Shown: positions 40,531 through 51,483, numbered from the stretch's first letter. The stretch is 64,000 nt of DNA from Candidatus Omnitrophota bacterium (GCA_030650275.1 JAUSEK010000008.1:811-64810); one strand, 5' to 3'. The notes: a model not told the origin generated them from the sequence alone. Translations and numbers: made by a program.

Positions 40531-43500
40531 ATGTATTTAAATCCAAGAATAAGACGCTTTCTGGCTTTGGGCCTGCTTTTTGCCTTTTTGGGCAATGGCT
40601 TGACCTTGCCACCTGCCTATGCTGACGTAGGGGCGATTATTAATCGCCCCTACATGCCTGCCCCCGGCACCCGCATTGGCTTAAGCCCCGCCTTTAACCC
40701 CCCGGTCCTCAAAGGCCTCAAGGTCCATCCTGACAACCCATTTCGTTTTGACTTTATTCTTGATCAAGGTGATTCCCTCCCCCTTGTGGGGAGGGCTAGG
40801 GAGGGGGATAAGCAAGAAGAACTCAAACAAGAAGCCAATAAACTCATCAAGTACTTCCTCGCCTCTTTGACCGTTCCAGAGAAGGACTTGTGGGTCAATT
40901 TATCTCCCTATGAGAAAGACCGCATCGTCCCTACATCCTTTGGCCAAACCGAGATGGGACGTGACCTCTTAGCCCAGGACTATCTGCTCAAACAGATCAC
41001 GGCAAGCCTCATTTATCCTGAAGACGAATTCGGCAAGAAGTTCTGGAACAGGATATACCAAGAAGCAGCCAAAAGGTATGGAACAACCAATATACCGGTC
41101 AATACCTTCAACAAGGTCTGGATCGTTCCCGAGAAGGCCGTTGTCTACGAGAATGCCCAGGCAGGCACGGCCTATGTGGTTGAATCAAAGCTTAAAGTCA
41201 TGCTGGAACAGGACTACCTAGCTCTTGAACATCAAGGGCGGGTCCTGCAAAGCCACTATGGAACCCGGCCTGCTCACCAGCTCGCAGGCGCGCTAAGCGG
41301 TCCGGCTTATTCGCCGGACCAGCGCCCCGCACCACGCGGGGATGTTAATGCTCTTGGCTCCCAAGTCGTCCGTGAAATAGTAATCCCAGCCCTGACCAAG
41401 GAAGTCAACGAAAACAAAAATTTCGCCCAACTGCGTCAGGTCTACAACTCTCTTATCCTGGCCACCTGGTACAAGAAGAAGATCAAGGACAGCATCCTTC
41501 TTCAAGTGTATGCGGACAAGAATAAAATCTCAGGCATTGGCTACGCTACGCCAACCCGGGGACATGTTCCGCAGAACGTGTCCCCAAGCACGTTGCCAAC
41601 CAACCAAGCACTGAATGTGAAAGCACCCCAGGGAAACCCGCCCAACGATGTCGAAGCCATTTACCAGCAATACCTCACCGCCTTCAAGAAAGGCGTTTAT
41701 AACTATATCAAAGAAGAGCAGGACCCCATCACCCAACAGATGATCCCAAGGAAGTATTTTTCGGGTGGCGCCACTATGGGGCAAACGGAAAAGATTTTAG
41801 ATGTTGTGGACGAGGCTATGTTGGGAAGTGAAAGGGTTGATCGGATCATAAATGGTATTAAGAAAGCGACCTTAGTTATTTTGACTGCCGGATTAGTGCT
41901 GTCCCCTGGCGATACTCGACCGACACATTTGCCTCATCAAACGACGATCACCTTGGATAAATCCGTAGAGAGAACCATTACAGATGCTGTTAATACTCTG
42001 CCTTATTTTGAGTGGCGCGTGATGGGAGCAAAAGACAATCTTAAGGTAGCACAATTTATTGATCAAAATCTCATGGTTTATTATGCTGCAGATTCCGGTC
42101 CCATTCGACAGGTTAATAGACCGACAGTTTTTTATAGAGACATTCCGCAGGTCGGCCCGGCGTACATCGCAGCCATGATCCCGGGGACGGAAGGAGCCCG
42201 GAGGAGGCATATTGTACTTTCCGCGCATTTTGACACGAGAAGTATGTACGGCGCGGATGATAATGGTTCGGGGATTTCGTCACTTTTGGCGATCGCCAGG
42301 GCCGCAGTCAATTACACCTTTCGGGACAATGTTTATTTTATATTTACCAATGATGAAGAATATGGAAAGCTGGGAGCAAGAGCTGCTGTTAAAGATTTGC
42401 AGGATGTTGGAATTAATGACGGTAATGTTTTCTTTATCGATATTGATAGCATAGGCCAGTCACATTTAAGTTTGTCGAAAGAAGGAACAAAGCCGGATAT
42501 ATGGCTTTCTAAACCTATTGTATCCAAGGGGCAAGATGCCGTGAGTGTATTGGAAAAAGAGGTCCGGAACGTTCTTTCCAACGACCCACCATTTAATTTG
42601 CATAATGACATTAACGATGTATCAGCTTTTGAGACATTGCCTAGCGATGCGTCAGCATATACCCTTTACGGATATCCAGCTTTAACTGTTTCAGGCATCC
42701 CCTGGGGTAAATCCACAATACTCCATACTGAAAAGGACTCCCCAGACAAGGTGTCGCCAACGTCCATTTATCAGATCACGAGGTGGATTTTATCCTCATT
42801 ACATCAACTGGCCAGGGGAGAGAAAGATATTGTTTGGCAAGCGTCTGTCTCCTATATTCCCTTGACTTCCGCCGGGATTGATCGCACGGAACGGAACTAT
42901 TTAACGGATACACAAAGATTATTTGAGTCGTACGGGCTTTCTTTTCAATCGCGCCACGCCGTTTCACTAGACGAATATGAGTTGTTATCGCGATGGATGA
43001 GTTTTATCAGGGAAAAGTTCCCGGGTTATCGGGAACATTTCAAGGGGATTATATATGATCTGTCTTCGGGCATTGCTCATGCCAATCGACAGACAAGAAT
43101 GATCGAGTTCGGGTTTCCTCTTCGTTCCAAGGCGATCTGGCTTCCTTACGGGTACTCGTTAAAATCCGGGGTATGGTATGCATCCGCAGATCTTGTCTTA
43201 ACACATGAACTGGGGCATTTTATCAGTGAAGATGGATTGAGAAAGCAAGGAGTTGATTTGCACAGGTCTGGTTATATAGGCGATCTTCATACGCCTGAAG
43301 AATTGTTTGCGACTGACCTTGCTCTATGGTTGTTATATGGGAATTTGAAATCAGCCCCGGCTGTATTCCTAGATCACTACATTCATGGCGATTACGATTT
43401 TAAGACAGGCCAATTAACAACAATTATGAAGGAGGAACCTAAAAATATTGTTCCGTGGGAAATCCAAAGAATGAATTTGATTAAAAAGGCCGCTCAGGCA

Positions 43501-43851
43501 GTGGGTATTTCTATCGGGGGAGGATGGACAGCCGCTCCCGTAGATATAAATCCTTTTGTGCCTAAAAATTTTACTGCTCCTGTAAGAAAAGAGATGAATC
43601 CTGTGGATAGTAAGGATACGAAAAAGGATAAAGCTATGTTGAATAAAGGCGGTATTGATTTGAATGCCGTTGATAAGAATTTACAGGTAAAAATGGATTC
43701 CCTCCTTCGCGGGAATGACAAGGAGGGGGTCAAATTCAACATCAACCCCGTTATCTTGGAGCAATTGCAAAACGCCCCGGGCTTTGTGCCGGTCATTATC
43801 AACATCCAGCCCATGAATGATCTCCATTTGTTTCTGGGGATCCAAAATTAA
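40531..43851 (+). CDS. Large secreted protein (1107 aa) with a central M28-family metallopeptidase domain and a C-terminal HEXXH (zincin-like) region
   Basis: Sec signal peptide MYLNPRIRRFLALGLLFAFLGNGLTLPPAYA. M28 motifs HFDTRSMYGADDNGSGISSLL and TNDEEYGKLGARA. HELGH at ~aa 900. Confidence 0.6.
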   Translation: MYLNPRIRRFLALGLLFAFLGNGLTLPPAYADVGAIINRPYMPAPGTRIGLSPAFNPPVLKGLKVHPDNPFRFDFILDQGDSLPLVGRAREGDKQEELKQEANKLIKYFLASLTVPEKDLWVNLSPYEKDRIVPTSFGQTEMGRDLLAQDYLLKQITASLIYPEDEFGKKFWNRIYQEAAKRYGTTNIPVNTFNKVWIVPEKAVVYENAQAGTAYVVESKLKVMLEQDYLALEHQGRVLQSHYGTRPAHQLAGALSGPAYSPDQRPAPRGDVNALGSQVVREIVIPALTKEVNENKNFAQLRQVYNSLILATWYKKKIKDSILLQVYADKNKISGIGYATPTRGHVPQNVSPSTLPTNQALNVKAPQGNPPNDVEAIYQQYLTAFKKGVYNYIKEEQDPITQQMIPRKYFSGGATMGQTEKILDVVDEAMLGSERVDRIINGIKKATLVILTAGLVLSPGDTRPTHLPHQTTITLDKSVERTITDAVNTLPYFEWRVMGAKDNLKVAQFIDQNLMVYYAADSGPIRQVNRPTVFYRDIPQVGPAYIAAMIPGTEGARRRHIVLSAHFDTRSMYGADDNGSGISSLLAIARAAVNYTFRDNVYFIFTNDEEYGKLGARAAVKDLQDVGINDGNVFFIDIDSIGQSHLSLSKEGTKPDIWLSKPIVSKGQDAVSVLEKEVRNVLSNDPPFNLHNDINDVSAFETLPSDASAYTLYGYPALTVSGIPWGKSTILHTEKDSPDKVSPTSIYQITRWILSSLHQLARGEKDIVWQASVSYIPLTSAGIDRTERNYLTDTQRLFESYGLSFQSRHAVSLDEYELLSRWMSFIREKFPGYREHFKGIIYDLSSGIAHANRQTRMIEFGFPLRSKAIWLPYGYSLKSGVWYASADLVLTHELGHFISEDGLRKQGVDLHRSGYIGDLHTPEELFATDLALWLLYGNLKSAPAVFLDHYIHGDYDFKTGQLTTIMKEEPKNIVPWEIQRMNLIKKAAQAVGISIGGGWTAAPVDINPFVPKNFTAPVRKEMNPVDSKDTKKDKAMLNKGGIDLNAVDKNLQVKMDSLLRGNDKEGVKFNINPVILEQLQNAPGFVPVIINIQPMNDLHLFLGIQN
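40630..40653. repeat. Palindromic 24-nt element GGGCGATTATTAATCGCCCCTACA (copy 2, inside the CDS at the predicted signal-peptide cleavage site)
   Basis: Identical to 28763..28786; here extended to a 12-bp stem GTAGGGGCGATT/AATCGCCCCTAC. Confidence 0.8.
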
Positions 43852-43866
43852 ATAGCCATGTTCTGG

Positions 43867-43891
43867 ATTCCCGACAGAAGCATTCGGGAAT
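43867..43891 (+). terminator. Hairpin ATTCCCG-ACAGAAGCA-TTCGGGAAT downstream of the large secreted protein gene
   Basis: 7-8 bp perfect stem 16 nt after the stop; no U-tract, so intrinsic-terminator function is uncertain. Confidence 0.4.
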
Positions 43892-43948
43892 GACACATAA
43901 AAATATCACTTCCCCGTTGACTTCCCGTCGATTGACCGTTAAATTAAA

Positions 43949-46900
43949 ATGTATATGCATTTTAAACGTTTGGAAATTTTTGGCTTTAAGTCCTTTGCCG
44001 AGAAGACCGTGCTGGAATTCCAGCCCGGCCTCACCGCCATCGTCGGGCCCAACGGCTGCGGCAAGAGCAATGTCTTTGACGCTGTTCGTTGGGTCTTAGG
44101 CGAGCAGAGTGTTAGGGAATTGCGCGGCTCGTCCATGGAGGACGTGATCTTCAACGGCACCGACAGCAAGCCCCCCCTGGGGTTCGCCGAAGTCAGCTTG
44201 ACCTTTTCCAACGAAAAGAAGATCCTCCCCATTGAATACGACGAGGTCACCGTCACCCGGCGGCTGTTCCGTTCCGGGGAAAGCGAATATCTCATCAACA
44301 AGAACGTTTGCCGCCTGAAGGACATCGTTGAGCTCTTTTTGGGCACCGGTGTCGGGGCGGAAGCGTATTCTTTGATCCAGCAGGGCAAGGTGGACTTAGT
44401 CGTCAGCGCCAAGCCCGAAGACCGCCGCCAGATCTTTGATGAGGCCGCCGGCATCACCAAATATAAAGCCAAGAAAAAAGAGGCGCTGGGCAAACTCAAG
44501 GAAACCGAAGACAATCTTTTGCGCATCAATGACATTGTCGTTGAGGTCAAACGCCAGATCGGCTCCATCGAGCGCCAGGCCAAAAAGGCCCAGCGTTACA
44601 AGGAGGACTTTGAGCGGCTCAAGAATTTCGAGGTCCTCATCGCCCATCGTCAGATGGCCCGGTTTGCCGCGGACATGCAGGAATTGACGGCCCGGAGCGA
44701 GGCCCTGCAGGCCAAGGAGGGTTCTTTAGCCGCCGAACTGCAAGAGGCCAACCGCCGTCTTGACCATGAAACAGCCCTCGTCGAAGAAATAGACGAAGCC
44801 ATCAGCGCCGCCAAGGCCAGGCAGATGCATCTGGAGAACGACAAGGACAGTTTCGGCCGTCAAATTATTTTAAATGAAGAACGTCTGGCGGACCTGGATA
44901 CGGTCTGTGCCCGCCTTGAGCAGGACAAAGCCGCGGCCTTGGCCCGCTGCAGTACAAACCAGGGCAAAATTGAAGAGATCCGTTCGGGCCTGGCCCAATT
45001 GTCTGAAAATTTGGCCACGGTGCAGGTCCGGCTGCAGGCCAGGAAGGACGCGCTGGCCGTCATCATGCACGCCATCGGCGAGGCGAAACTTTCCATCCAG
45101 AATTACGAGAACGAACAATTCCATTTGAATGGCCAGCAGGCGCGCGTCAAGAACCAATTGACCGACAACATGAAACGCGTCACGGAATGCGCGGCGCGCA
45201 AGGACCGCCTGGAACATGAAAATAATAAAGTCATCGGCGAGCGCACGCAGGTCAGCCAAAAGGCCGAGGCCATCAACGCGGCCATTGCCCGGTCGGAGTC
45301 CATTTTGTCCTCCCTGTGGGCGGACCTGGAAGGCAAACGCGCGCATTTAGCCCAACTGAGATCGTCGCTGGCCGCGCAGGAAACAGCGGCGGACGATCTG
45401 GAAAAGAAGAAACTTTTCTTATTGTCCCAAAAAGATTTCGTCGCGAAGATGCAAACACAGTATCAGGACATCCCCGACCCGGTGGTGGAGGGCAAATTCA
45501 TTTCCTGCGTCCGTCCCAATGAACAGCAGACCGGCATCATCGGCAAGATCAAGGACATCCGGGTCATGGCCGGCGAAGCGGTGCGCGAACTCTATGAGAT
45601 CACCTGCGCGACCAAATATGTTGAACTCGATCTGCGGCATATGGACGAGCGCATCAGTGTCCTTGACGCCCAATTGGCCCGGGCGCTTGAGGCCAAAGCG
45701 CAAATAGTCCTGACCATTGACGCCCGCAATGCCGAAATAGACGCGGACCTTAAGCATATCCAGGAGGGGGAAAAAGGATTTTCCGTCCTGGAAGCGCAGA
45801 AAAATAACATTGAGCAGGAAAGCGGAAAGATCACCGGTGAATTGGACCTGATCGTCACGGAATCGGCCCAGGTGGGAACGGATCTGGCCGCGTTAAGGAC
45901 CCAGGAAAGCGAATTGTCCCAGACGCTGGAGGGCATTACCGGACAGATCCGGCGCTGCCAGGACGATGTCAAAGCCAAGGCCGGATGGATCGCGGCCCAG
46001 CATAAAGAGCGTGAGGACATGGGGCTGGCCATCGTGCAGGTGGAGGCCGAAGTGCTTTCCGCGGCGGACAAACGGAAGTCCCACGAGGAGAGCTGTTCGG
46101 TTTACACCCAAAATCTGGACCGTGACCTGGCGGACATCGCGCGTTTTGACCGGGAAAGCCAGGAGGCCCAGGCCAAGAAAACCGGACTTCATGAGGGGAT
46201 CGCGCAGTTGAATAGCCAGCTCGACGGGCTTAAAAGCCGCCAGGAAGCGCTGGCTGTTGAACTGGAAGGCCTTTTGGCCCAGAGATCCGAAATGACCGGC
46301 CGTTTGAACAGTTTGCGCGCCCAGACCCGCGGCGTCGAGGATGCGGTCATCGCTTTAAAGACCGACCGCCATAATGACGATTTGCGTCAGCAGGAGATCC
46401 ATTTTAACGAGCGCGCCCTGAAAGATAAACTTTTGCAGACCTATAAGATCAATTGGGACGAAAGCCCCGCCGCAGGCGGGGCGCCCGTCGACCAAACGCC
46501 GATCAATGAGGAAGAAGCCGCCGTTGAGATCGAAAATTTGAAGAAGCGCTGCGAGTCCTACGGCGCGGTGAATCTGGTCGCCATCGAGGAATTTGAGGAA
46601 TTAAAACAAAGGTTTGAGTTTTTGACCAAGCAGCAAAGCGACCTTTTGACCGCGCGCGAGGCCTTATTGCAGACCATCACCAAGATCAACCGCACCACCC
46701 GGCAGATGTTCACCGACACGTTCACGAGGGTCAATGAGGAATTTCAGGTGTATTTCCGCATGCTCTTCGGCGGCGGCCAGGCGCAATTGGTTTTGCAGGA
46801 CCCCGAGAATGCCCTGGAATGCGGCATTGACATCATCGCCCGTCCGCCGGGCAAGAAATTGCAGAATATTTCGCTTCTTTCCGGCGGCGAGAAGACGCTG

Positions 46901-47317
46901 ACGGCCATCGCGCTCATTTTCGGCGTTTTCAAGGTCAACCCCAGCCCGTTCTGCGTTTTGGACGAGATCGACGCGGCCCTGGACGAAAGCAATATCGGCC
47001 GTTTCGCCTATCTTTTGAAGGATTTCGTCAAGATCGCGCAATTCATCGTCATCACCCACAACAAAAAGACCATGGCCAACGCCGACATTCTTTATGGCAT
47101 CACCATGCAGGAGCGCGGCGTATCCCGCATTGTTTCGGTCAAATTTGATGGTTCGACGGCGCCTGCCCTGAGCAAAGCCGAAGGGCTCAGTGCAAGCGGC
47201 CAGAAAAAGTCTGTTCCGATCGAACCCTCCGCCAAAGGCGGATCCGCCTCCGGCGGAAAGGCCGAACCCAAGGCCGAAGCCCGTCTTGAACCCCAACCCG
47301 CGGTCGCGGGGGTTTAG
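43949..47317 (+). CDS. smc: Chromosome segregation protein SMC
   Basis: FKRLEIFGFKSFAEKTVLEFQPGLTAIVGPNGCGKSNVFDAVRWVLGEQS. C-terminal LSGGEKTLTAIALIFGVF...FCVLDEIDAALDE. 1122 aa. Confidence 0.9.
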   Translation: MYMHFKRLEIFGFKSFAEKTVLEFQPGLTAIVGPNGCGKSNVFDAVRWVLGEQSVRELRGSSMEDVIFNGTDSKPPLGFAEVSLTFSNEKKILPIEYDEVTVTRRLFRSGESEYLINKNVCRLKDIVELFLGTGVGAEAYSLIQQGKVDLVVSAKPEDRRQIFDEAAGITKYKAKKKEALGKLKETEDNLLRINDIVVEVKRQIGSIERQAKKAQRYKEDFERLKNFEVLIAHRQMARFAADMQELTARSEALQAKEGSLAAELQEANRRLDHETALVEEIDEAISAAKARQMHLENDKDSFGRQIILNEERLADLDTVCARLEQDKAAALARCSTNQGKIEEIRSGLAQLSENLATVQVRLQARKDALAVIMHAIGEAKLSIQNYENEQFHLNGQQARVKNQLTDNMKRVTECAARKDRLEHENNKVIGERTQVSQKAEAINAAIARSESILSSLWADLEGKRAHLAQLRSSLAAQETAADDLEKKKLFLLSQKDFVAKMQTQYQDIPDPVVEGKFISCVRPNEQQTGIIGKIKDIRVMAGEAVRELYEITCATKYVELDLRHMDERISVLDAQLARALEAKAQIVLTIDARNAEIDADLKHIQEGEKGFSVLEAQKNNIEQESGKITGELDLIVTESAQVGTDLAALRTQESELSQTLEGITGQIRRCQDDVKAKAGWIAAQHKEREDMGLAIVQVEAEVLSAADKRKSHEESCSVYTQNLDRDLADIARFDRESQEAQAKKTGLHEGIAQLNSQLDGLKSRQEALAVELEGLLAQRSEMTGRLNSLRAQTRGVEDAVIALKTDRHNDDLRQQEIHFNERALKDKLLQTYKINWDESPAAGGAPVDQTPINEEEAAVEIENLKKRCESYGAVNLVAIEEFEELKQRFEFLTKQQSDLLTAREALLQTITKINRTTRQMFTDTFTRVNEEFQVYFRMLFGGGQAQLVLQDPENALECGIDIIARPPGKKLQNISLLSGGEKTLTAIALIFGVFKVNPSPFCVLDEIDAALDESNIGRFAYLLKDFVKIAQFIVITHNKKTMANADILYGITMQERGVSRIVSVKFDGSTAPALSKAEGLSASGQKKSVPIEPSAKGGSASGGKAEPKAEARLEPQPAVAGV

Positions 47318-47419
47318 GGGAATTTTCCAAAAAATAATTTTTTGACCTCTTCAGATTTATTTCATAACCCCATTGTCAATAAGCAGTTATACCCTTATCC
47401 TGTGCCGGCAAGCGCTTCC

Positions 47420-47448
47420 TTGACACTCCCATAGGTGCATGTTATACT
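47420..47448 (+). promoter_or_regulatory. Near-consensus sigma70 promoter TTGACA-N17-TATACT upstream of cvpA
   Basis: -35 TTGACA at 47420-47425; 17-nt spacer; -10 TATACT at 47443-47448; 25 nt upstream of the cvpA ATG. Confidence 0.6.
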
Positions 47449-47473
47449 TGCACCTAAATTACTTAAAATCAAT

Positions 47474-48049
47474 ATGTTGACGCAATTTTTCAGATCCATC
47501 AATTGGGTTGATGTGGCACTGCTGGTTTTGTTCGTCCGTACGGTTTTTATCAGCGTCACAACCGGCTTTGTCGCAGAGGTTTTCAAGTTTTTGGGCCTTG
47601 TGACCGCGATCTTTGTCGGGTCGCATTATTACGCTTTTGCCGCGGAATTTTTGGCGAAAAAAACATCCCTGCCGCTGGCGGGCTTAAGGTTTTTGGTCTT
47701 TACCGTCCTTGTGTGCGCGGCCATCCTTGTTTTTAAATTCGCGCGTGACGGCATTTCGCTCTTATTTAAGGTAGAGACCAACCATCAGGGTTTTGACAAA
47801 TACGGAGCCGGCGTGTTGGGTGCTGTGCGCGGATGGCTTTTATGCAGTACGGTGCTGTTTGCCGTGTTCCTTGTGCCTCATCCTTTGGTCCATCGTCAGG
47901 CGTTCTCCTCGTGGGGGCATAAGGTGGCCGCCAGGGCGGCCCCGGATACATACAGTTTTTTGTTCCATCAGGTGATCGGCAAATTGTTCGAAAGCCAAAA
48001 GTTTAACGCGGACGTGTTCACGGTTGTCAGCGGCCAAAGTAAGATATAA
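47474..48049 (+). CDS. cvpA: CvpA-family membrane protein (colicin V production protein homolog)
   Basis: MLTQFFRSINWVDVALLVLFVRTVFISVTTGFVAEVFKFLGLVTAIFVGSHYY; 4 TM. Confidence 0.7.
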   Translation: MLTQFFRSINWVDVALLVLFVRTVFISVTTGFVAEVFKFLGLVTAIFVGSHYYAFAAEFLAKKTSLPLAGLRFLVFTVLVCAAILVFKFARDGISLLFKVETNHQGFDKYGAGVLGAVRGWLLCSTVLFAVFLVPHPLVHRQAFSSWGHKVAARAAPDTYSFLFHQVIGKLFESQKFNADVFTVVSGQSKI

Positions 48050-48060
48050 GGCGTTTAGTT

Positions 48061-49845
48061 ATGGGTTTGATCCCCAATGATATCATCACGGCGGTCATCG
48101 ACCGTTCGGACATCGTCGAGACCATCGGGCAGTACATGGTCCTAAAGAAAGCCGGGCGTAATTTTAAGGGGCTTTGCCCGTTCCATCATGAAAAGACGCC
48201 GTCCTTCGTCGTCAACCCGGACAAACAGATCTTTCATTGTTTCGGTTGTGGTACCGGGGGCAATGTTGTCGGGTTTGTGATGCGCCAGGAACGCCTTGAA
48301 TTCCCCGAGGCCGTGCGGTTTTTGGCGGCCAAGGTCGGGGTGACGGTCCCCGAAACGGCCGCGGACGCCCAAAGCCCGTCGAAGAAGGTCCGCGACGATA
48401 TTTATAAGGCCAATGAACTGGCCTTGCAATTTTTTCACCAGGCGCTGTTGACGGGGCGTGATCCGGGAACACAAGCCGTTCGTGACTATTTAAAGAACCG
48501 CGGCATCAACCTGGACGCGGCCAAACAGTTCCAGTTGGGGTTCGCGCCCGGCGATTGGGACGGTCTTTTAAAATATTTGACCTCCAAAGGGCTTGGCCTT
48601 GATGTGATGCAGCAGGCGGGTTTGATCGTCGCCCGTGAGAATAAAAGCGGTTTTTACGACCGGTTCCGTAACCGGGTGATGTTCCCGATCTTTGATATTC
48701 AGTCCCGTCCCGTTGCGTTCGGCGGACGAGCCCTGCCTCGGCAGGCAGGCATGAGCGGCGATGATGGGGCCAAGTATATCAATTCTCCCGAAACACCGGT
48801 TTACACCAAAGGCCGGCACTTGTTCGGCCTTCATCTGACAAAAGCTGCTGCCGGGAAATTGGACCGTCTCATCGTGGTGGAAGGGTACATGGATATGGTG
48901 ACGCCTTTCACCCACGGGGTGCAGAACATAGCGGCCTCTTTAGGCACGGCATTGACCGTCGAGCAAATACGCCTGATCCGCCGCTACACCCCCAATGTCA
49001 CCATGCTCTTTGATACGGACCCCGCGGGCCAATCGGCGATCATCCGCAGTCTGGACCTGCTGATCGACGAGGAAATGAACACGCAGGTGGTCAAGCTTAA
49101 AGCGGACGAAGACCCGGACTCATTCATACGGTCATTCGGTATTGAGGCATTTTATGAACGTTTAGGTCAGGCCCAGTCCCTGTTCGATTATAAACTGGAC
49201 TGGCTGAAAGCCCATCATGACGCTGATACCGTCGAGGGCCGTTCAGAAATATGCCAGGAGATGCTGGGCACCATCGGCCGCCACAAGAACGAAGTCGTCA
49301 AGTTTGAGTTGACCAAAGAACTGGCCCAGAGGTTTGCGATCCCCCAGCAGGTGCTTTTGGACCAGGCCAAGAAATTGCCGCGGCCGTATTCATCGCCCGC
49401 GCCCGTTTTCGCGCCTGTTCCGGCGGTCTCCAGAGTCAACAAAACGGAGGAGATGCTGCTGGCCTTGTTCTTGTCCGACCCCTCGTGGGTCGCCCAGGCC
49501 CGGGATGTTTTAAGTCCGGGGGATTTTTCCGTGGCCGCGCGCGATATCGTTGAGGCGATGTGGCATTTAAGCCTTGAAGCGTCGGAATGGTCGGGCAATG
49601 ATCTTTTGTCCCTGATCCATGACGTGTCCTCCCAGGCGCTTGTAGCACGGCTGTTAAGCCAGGATGAAAAGAAATTGGGAGATCCCAAGAAAGCGTTCAA
49701 GGATTGCGTGGCCAAGATCCAAAAGTCCCACACGGACAAGCACAGGGACCAGTTGCGCCAGGCCATTGCGATGGCCGAGGCCCAAAAAAATACATCATTG
49801 ATCCATCAATTGCGTGGAGAGTTCAATGCGCTTATTAAAAAGTAG
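48061..49845 (+). CDS. dnaG: DNA primase
   Basis: Zinc-ribbon [29 protein letters not shown]; TOPRIM region EGYMDMV. Confidence 0.9.
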   Translation: MGLIPNDIITAVIDRSDIVETIGQYMVLKKAGRNFKGLCPFHHEKTPSFVVNPDKQIFHCFGCGTGGNVVGFVMRQERLEFPEAVRFLAAKVGVTVPETAADAQSPSKKVRDDIYKANELALQFFHQALLTGRDPGTQAVRDYLKNRGINLDAAKQFQLGFAPGDWDGLLKYLTSKGLGLDVMQQAGLIVARENKSGFYDRFRNRVMFPIFDIQSRPVAFGGRALPRQAGMSGDDGAKYINSPETPVYTKGRHLFGLHLTKAAAGKLDRLIVVEGYMDMVTPFTHGVQNIAASLGTALTVEQIRLIRRYTPNVTMLFDTDPAGQSAIIRSLDLLIDEEMNTQVVKLKADEDPDSFIRSFGIEAFYERLGQAQSLFDYKLDWLKAHHDADTVEGRSEICQEMLGTIGRHKNEVVKFELTKELAQRFAIPQQVLLDQAKKLPRPYSSPAPVFAPVPAVSRVNKTEEMLLALFLSDPSWVAQARDVLSPGDFSVAARDIVEAMWHLSLEASEWSGNDLLSLIHDVSSQALVARLLSQDEKKLGDPKKAFKDCVAKIQKSHTDKHRDQLRQAIAMAEAQKNTSLIHQLRGEFNALIKK

Positions 49846-49847
49846 CA

Positions 49848-49866
49848 GGGGCGGGGTGACCCCGCC
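49848..49866 (+). terminator. Hairpin GGGCGGGG-TGA-CCCCGCCC between dnaG and rpoD
   Basis: 8-bp GC stem directly after the dnaG stop; followed by GTACG, not a U-tract. Confidence 0.45.
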
Positions 49867-49885
49867 CGTACGAGCAGAGGTTAAA

Positions 49886-51481
49886 ATGAGAGAACCGGCC
49901 AAAGAAAAAGAATTCCAGGAAGACCTGGACAAGTTGGTGCTGTTGGGCAAGAAGAAGGGTTTTTTGACCTATGAAGAGGTCAACGAGACCCTGTCCGACG
50001 CCATCGACTCTTCCGAGGACATTGACCAGGTCTTTGATATTTTAGACGGCAAGGACATCAAGGTCGTGGATGCCGGCGAAGAGACCCCCATCATCGCGGA
50101 GGACTCTCCCGAGGAAAGCCGCGAGCAGCAGGTGCGCCGCCTGCGCGAGGAGAACAAGGAGGATGATGTTTATTCCGACAAGTTCATCCCGCTCGACGAT
50201 CCGGTCAAGATGTACCTCAAGCAGATGGGATCCATTCCGCTTTTGACCCGCGAGGAAGAGATCTCTTTGGCCAAACGCATTGAAGAGGCGGAGATCCGTT
50301 TCGCCGAGGCCTTGTTCAAGACCTATTTCGCGCGCAAAGAGGCCATTGCCATCATCAACCAGGTCCTGCGCGAAGAGATCAACGCGGAAGACGTGATCAA
50401 GGATGAGCTCGAGCGCCGCAGCCGCCTGGTCAAAGATCTGGCCAAGATCCTGGAACACGTGCGCCATACCCGCGTGGGGTCTGACCTTTCCGCCAAATCC
50501 ATTGCCGAGTTCAAACTGACGTCCACGGTCAATGAAGACATTGTCATCAAGATCCAGGAGATCATTGAACAGATCGACCGCATTGACCGCATGCTCAAGG
50601 CCAAGAGAAAACAGGCCAATGCCGCGGAATTCAGGAAACAGAAGGCCGCGCTGTTCAAAGAATTGGGCGAGCCCGTCGAGCGCGTGAAAAACCAGCTGCG
50701 CGAGATCAAGTACCGCCAGTCGCGTTTCAATAAGGCCAAGAAACTGCTCGTCGAGGCCAATTTGCGCCTGGTCGTGTCCATTGCCAAGAAATACATCAAC
50801 CGCGGCCTGTCGTTTTTGGACCTCATTCAGGAAGGCAACATGGGCCTGATCCGCGCCGTGGAAAAATTTGAGTACAAGCGCGGCTACAAATTCTCAACGT
50901 ATGCCACGTGGTGGATCCGTCAGGCCATCACCCGTTCCATCGCGGACCAGGCGCGCACCATCCGCATCCCGGTGCACATGACGGAAACGATCAACAAGAT
51001 CATCCGCGTTTCGCGCGTGTTCGTGCAGGAATACGGCCGCGAACCGTCGGCGCAGGAGATCGCCAGGGAAATGCGCATGCCGGTCAGCAAGGTCAAAGAG
51101 ATCCTGAAGATCTCGCAGGTGCCGATCTCTTTGCAGACACCCATCGGCGACGAGGGGGACACGCATTTCGGTGATTTCATTGAGGACAAAAAGGCGGTGT
51201 CGCCGGCCAATGCCACGCTGCATTCCATGCTCAAAGAGGAGATCACCTCGGTGCTGTCTTCTTTGGATGATCGCGAGCGCAAAATTTTGGAATTGCGCTT
51301 CGGCATCATGGACGGCACCAGCCGCACGCTGGAAGAGGTGGGGGCGGAATTCAACGTGACCCGCGAGCGCGTGCGCCAGATCGAATCCAAGGCCCTGCGC
51401 AAATTGCGCCATCCCACGCGTTCCCGGCGCATCAAGTCCTTTTTGGACATGGCTGCCAAGGACGGGGAAGTCAGCATTTAA
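49886..51481 (+). CDS. rpoD: RNA polymerase sigma factor RpoD (sigma-70)
   Basis: Region 2 [32 protein letters not shown]; region 4 [30 protein letters not shown]; GAGG RBS before the ATG at 49886. Confidence 0.9.
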   Translation: MREPAKEKEFQEDLDKLVLLGKKKGFLTYEEVNETLSDAIDSSEDIDQVFDILDGKDIKVVDAGEETPIIAEDSPEESREQQVRRLREENKEDDVYSDKFIPLDDPVKMYLKQMGSIPLLTREEEISLAKRIEEAEIRFAEALFKTYFARKEAIAIINQVLREEINAEDVIKDELERRSRLVKDLAKILEHVRHTRVGSDLSAKSIAEFKLTSTVNEDIVIKIQEIIEQIDRIDRMLKAKRKQANAAEFRKQKAALFKELGEPVERVKNQLREIKYRQSRFNKAKKLLVEANLRLVVSIAKKYINRGLSFLDLIQEGNMGLIRAVEKFEYKRGYKFSTYATWWIRQAITRSIADQARTIRIPVHMTETINKIIRVSRVFVQEYGREPSAQEIAREMRMPVSKVKEILKISQVPISLQTPIGDEGDTHFGDFIEDKKAVSPANATLHSMLKEEITSVLSSLDDRERKILELRFGIMDGTSRTLEEVGAEFNVTRERVRQIESKALRKLRHPTRSRRIKSFLDMAAKDGEVSI

Positions 51482-51483
51482 TG

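Noticed and set aside
40653-40655. ATG immediately after the 24-nt palindrome as an alternative start for the large protein
   Set aside because: It is out of frame with the 40531..43851 reading frame. The upstream signal peptide is convincing.
49814-49885. Upstream extension of rpoD (MESSMRLLK...)
   Set aside because: It overlaps the dnaG 3' end and spans the inter-gene hairpin. A GAGG RBS precedes the ATG at 49886.
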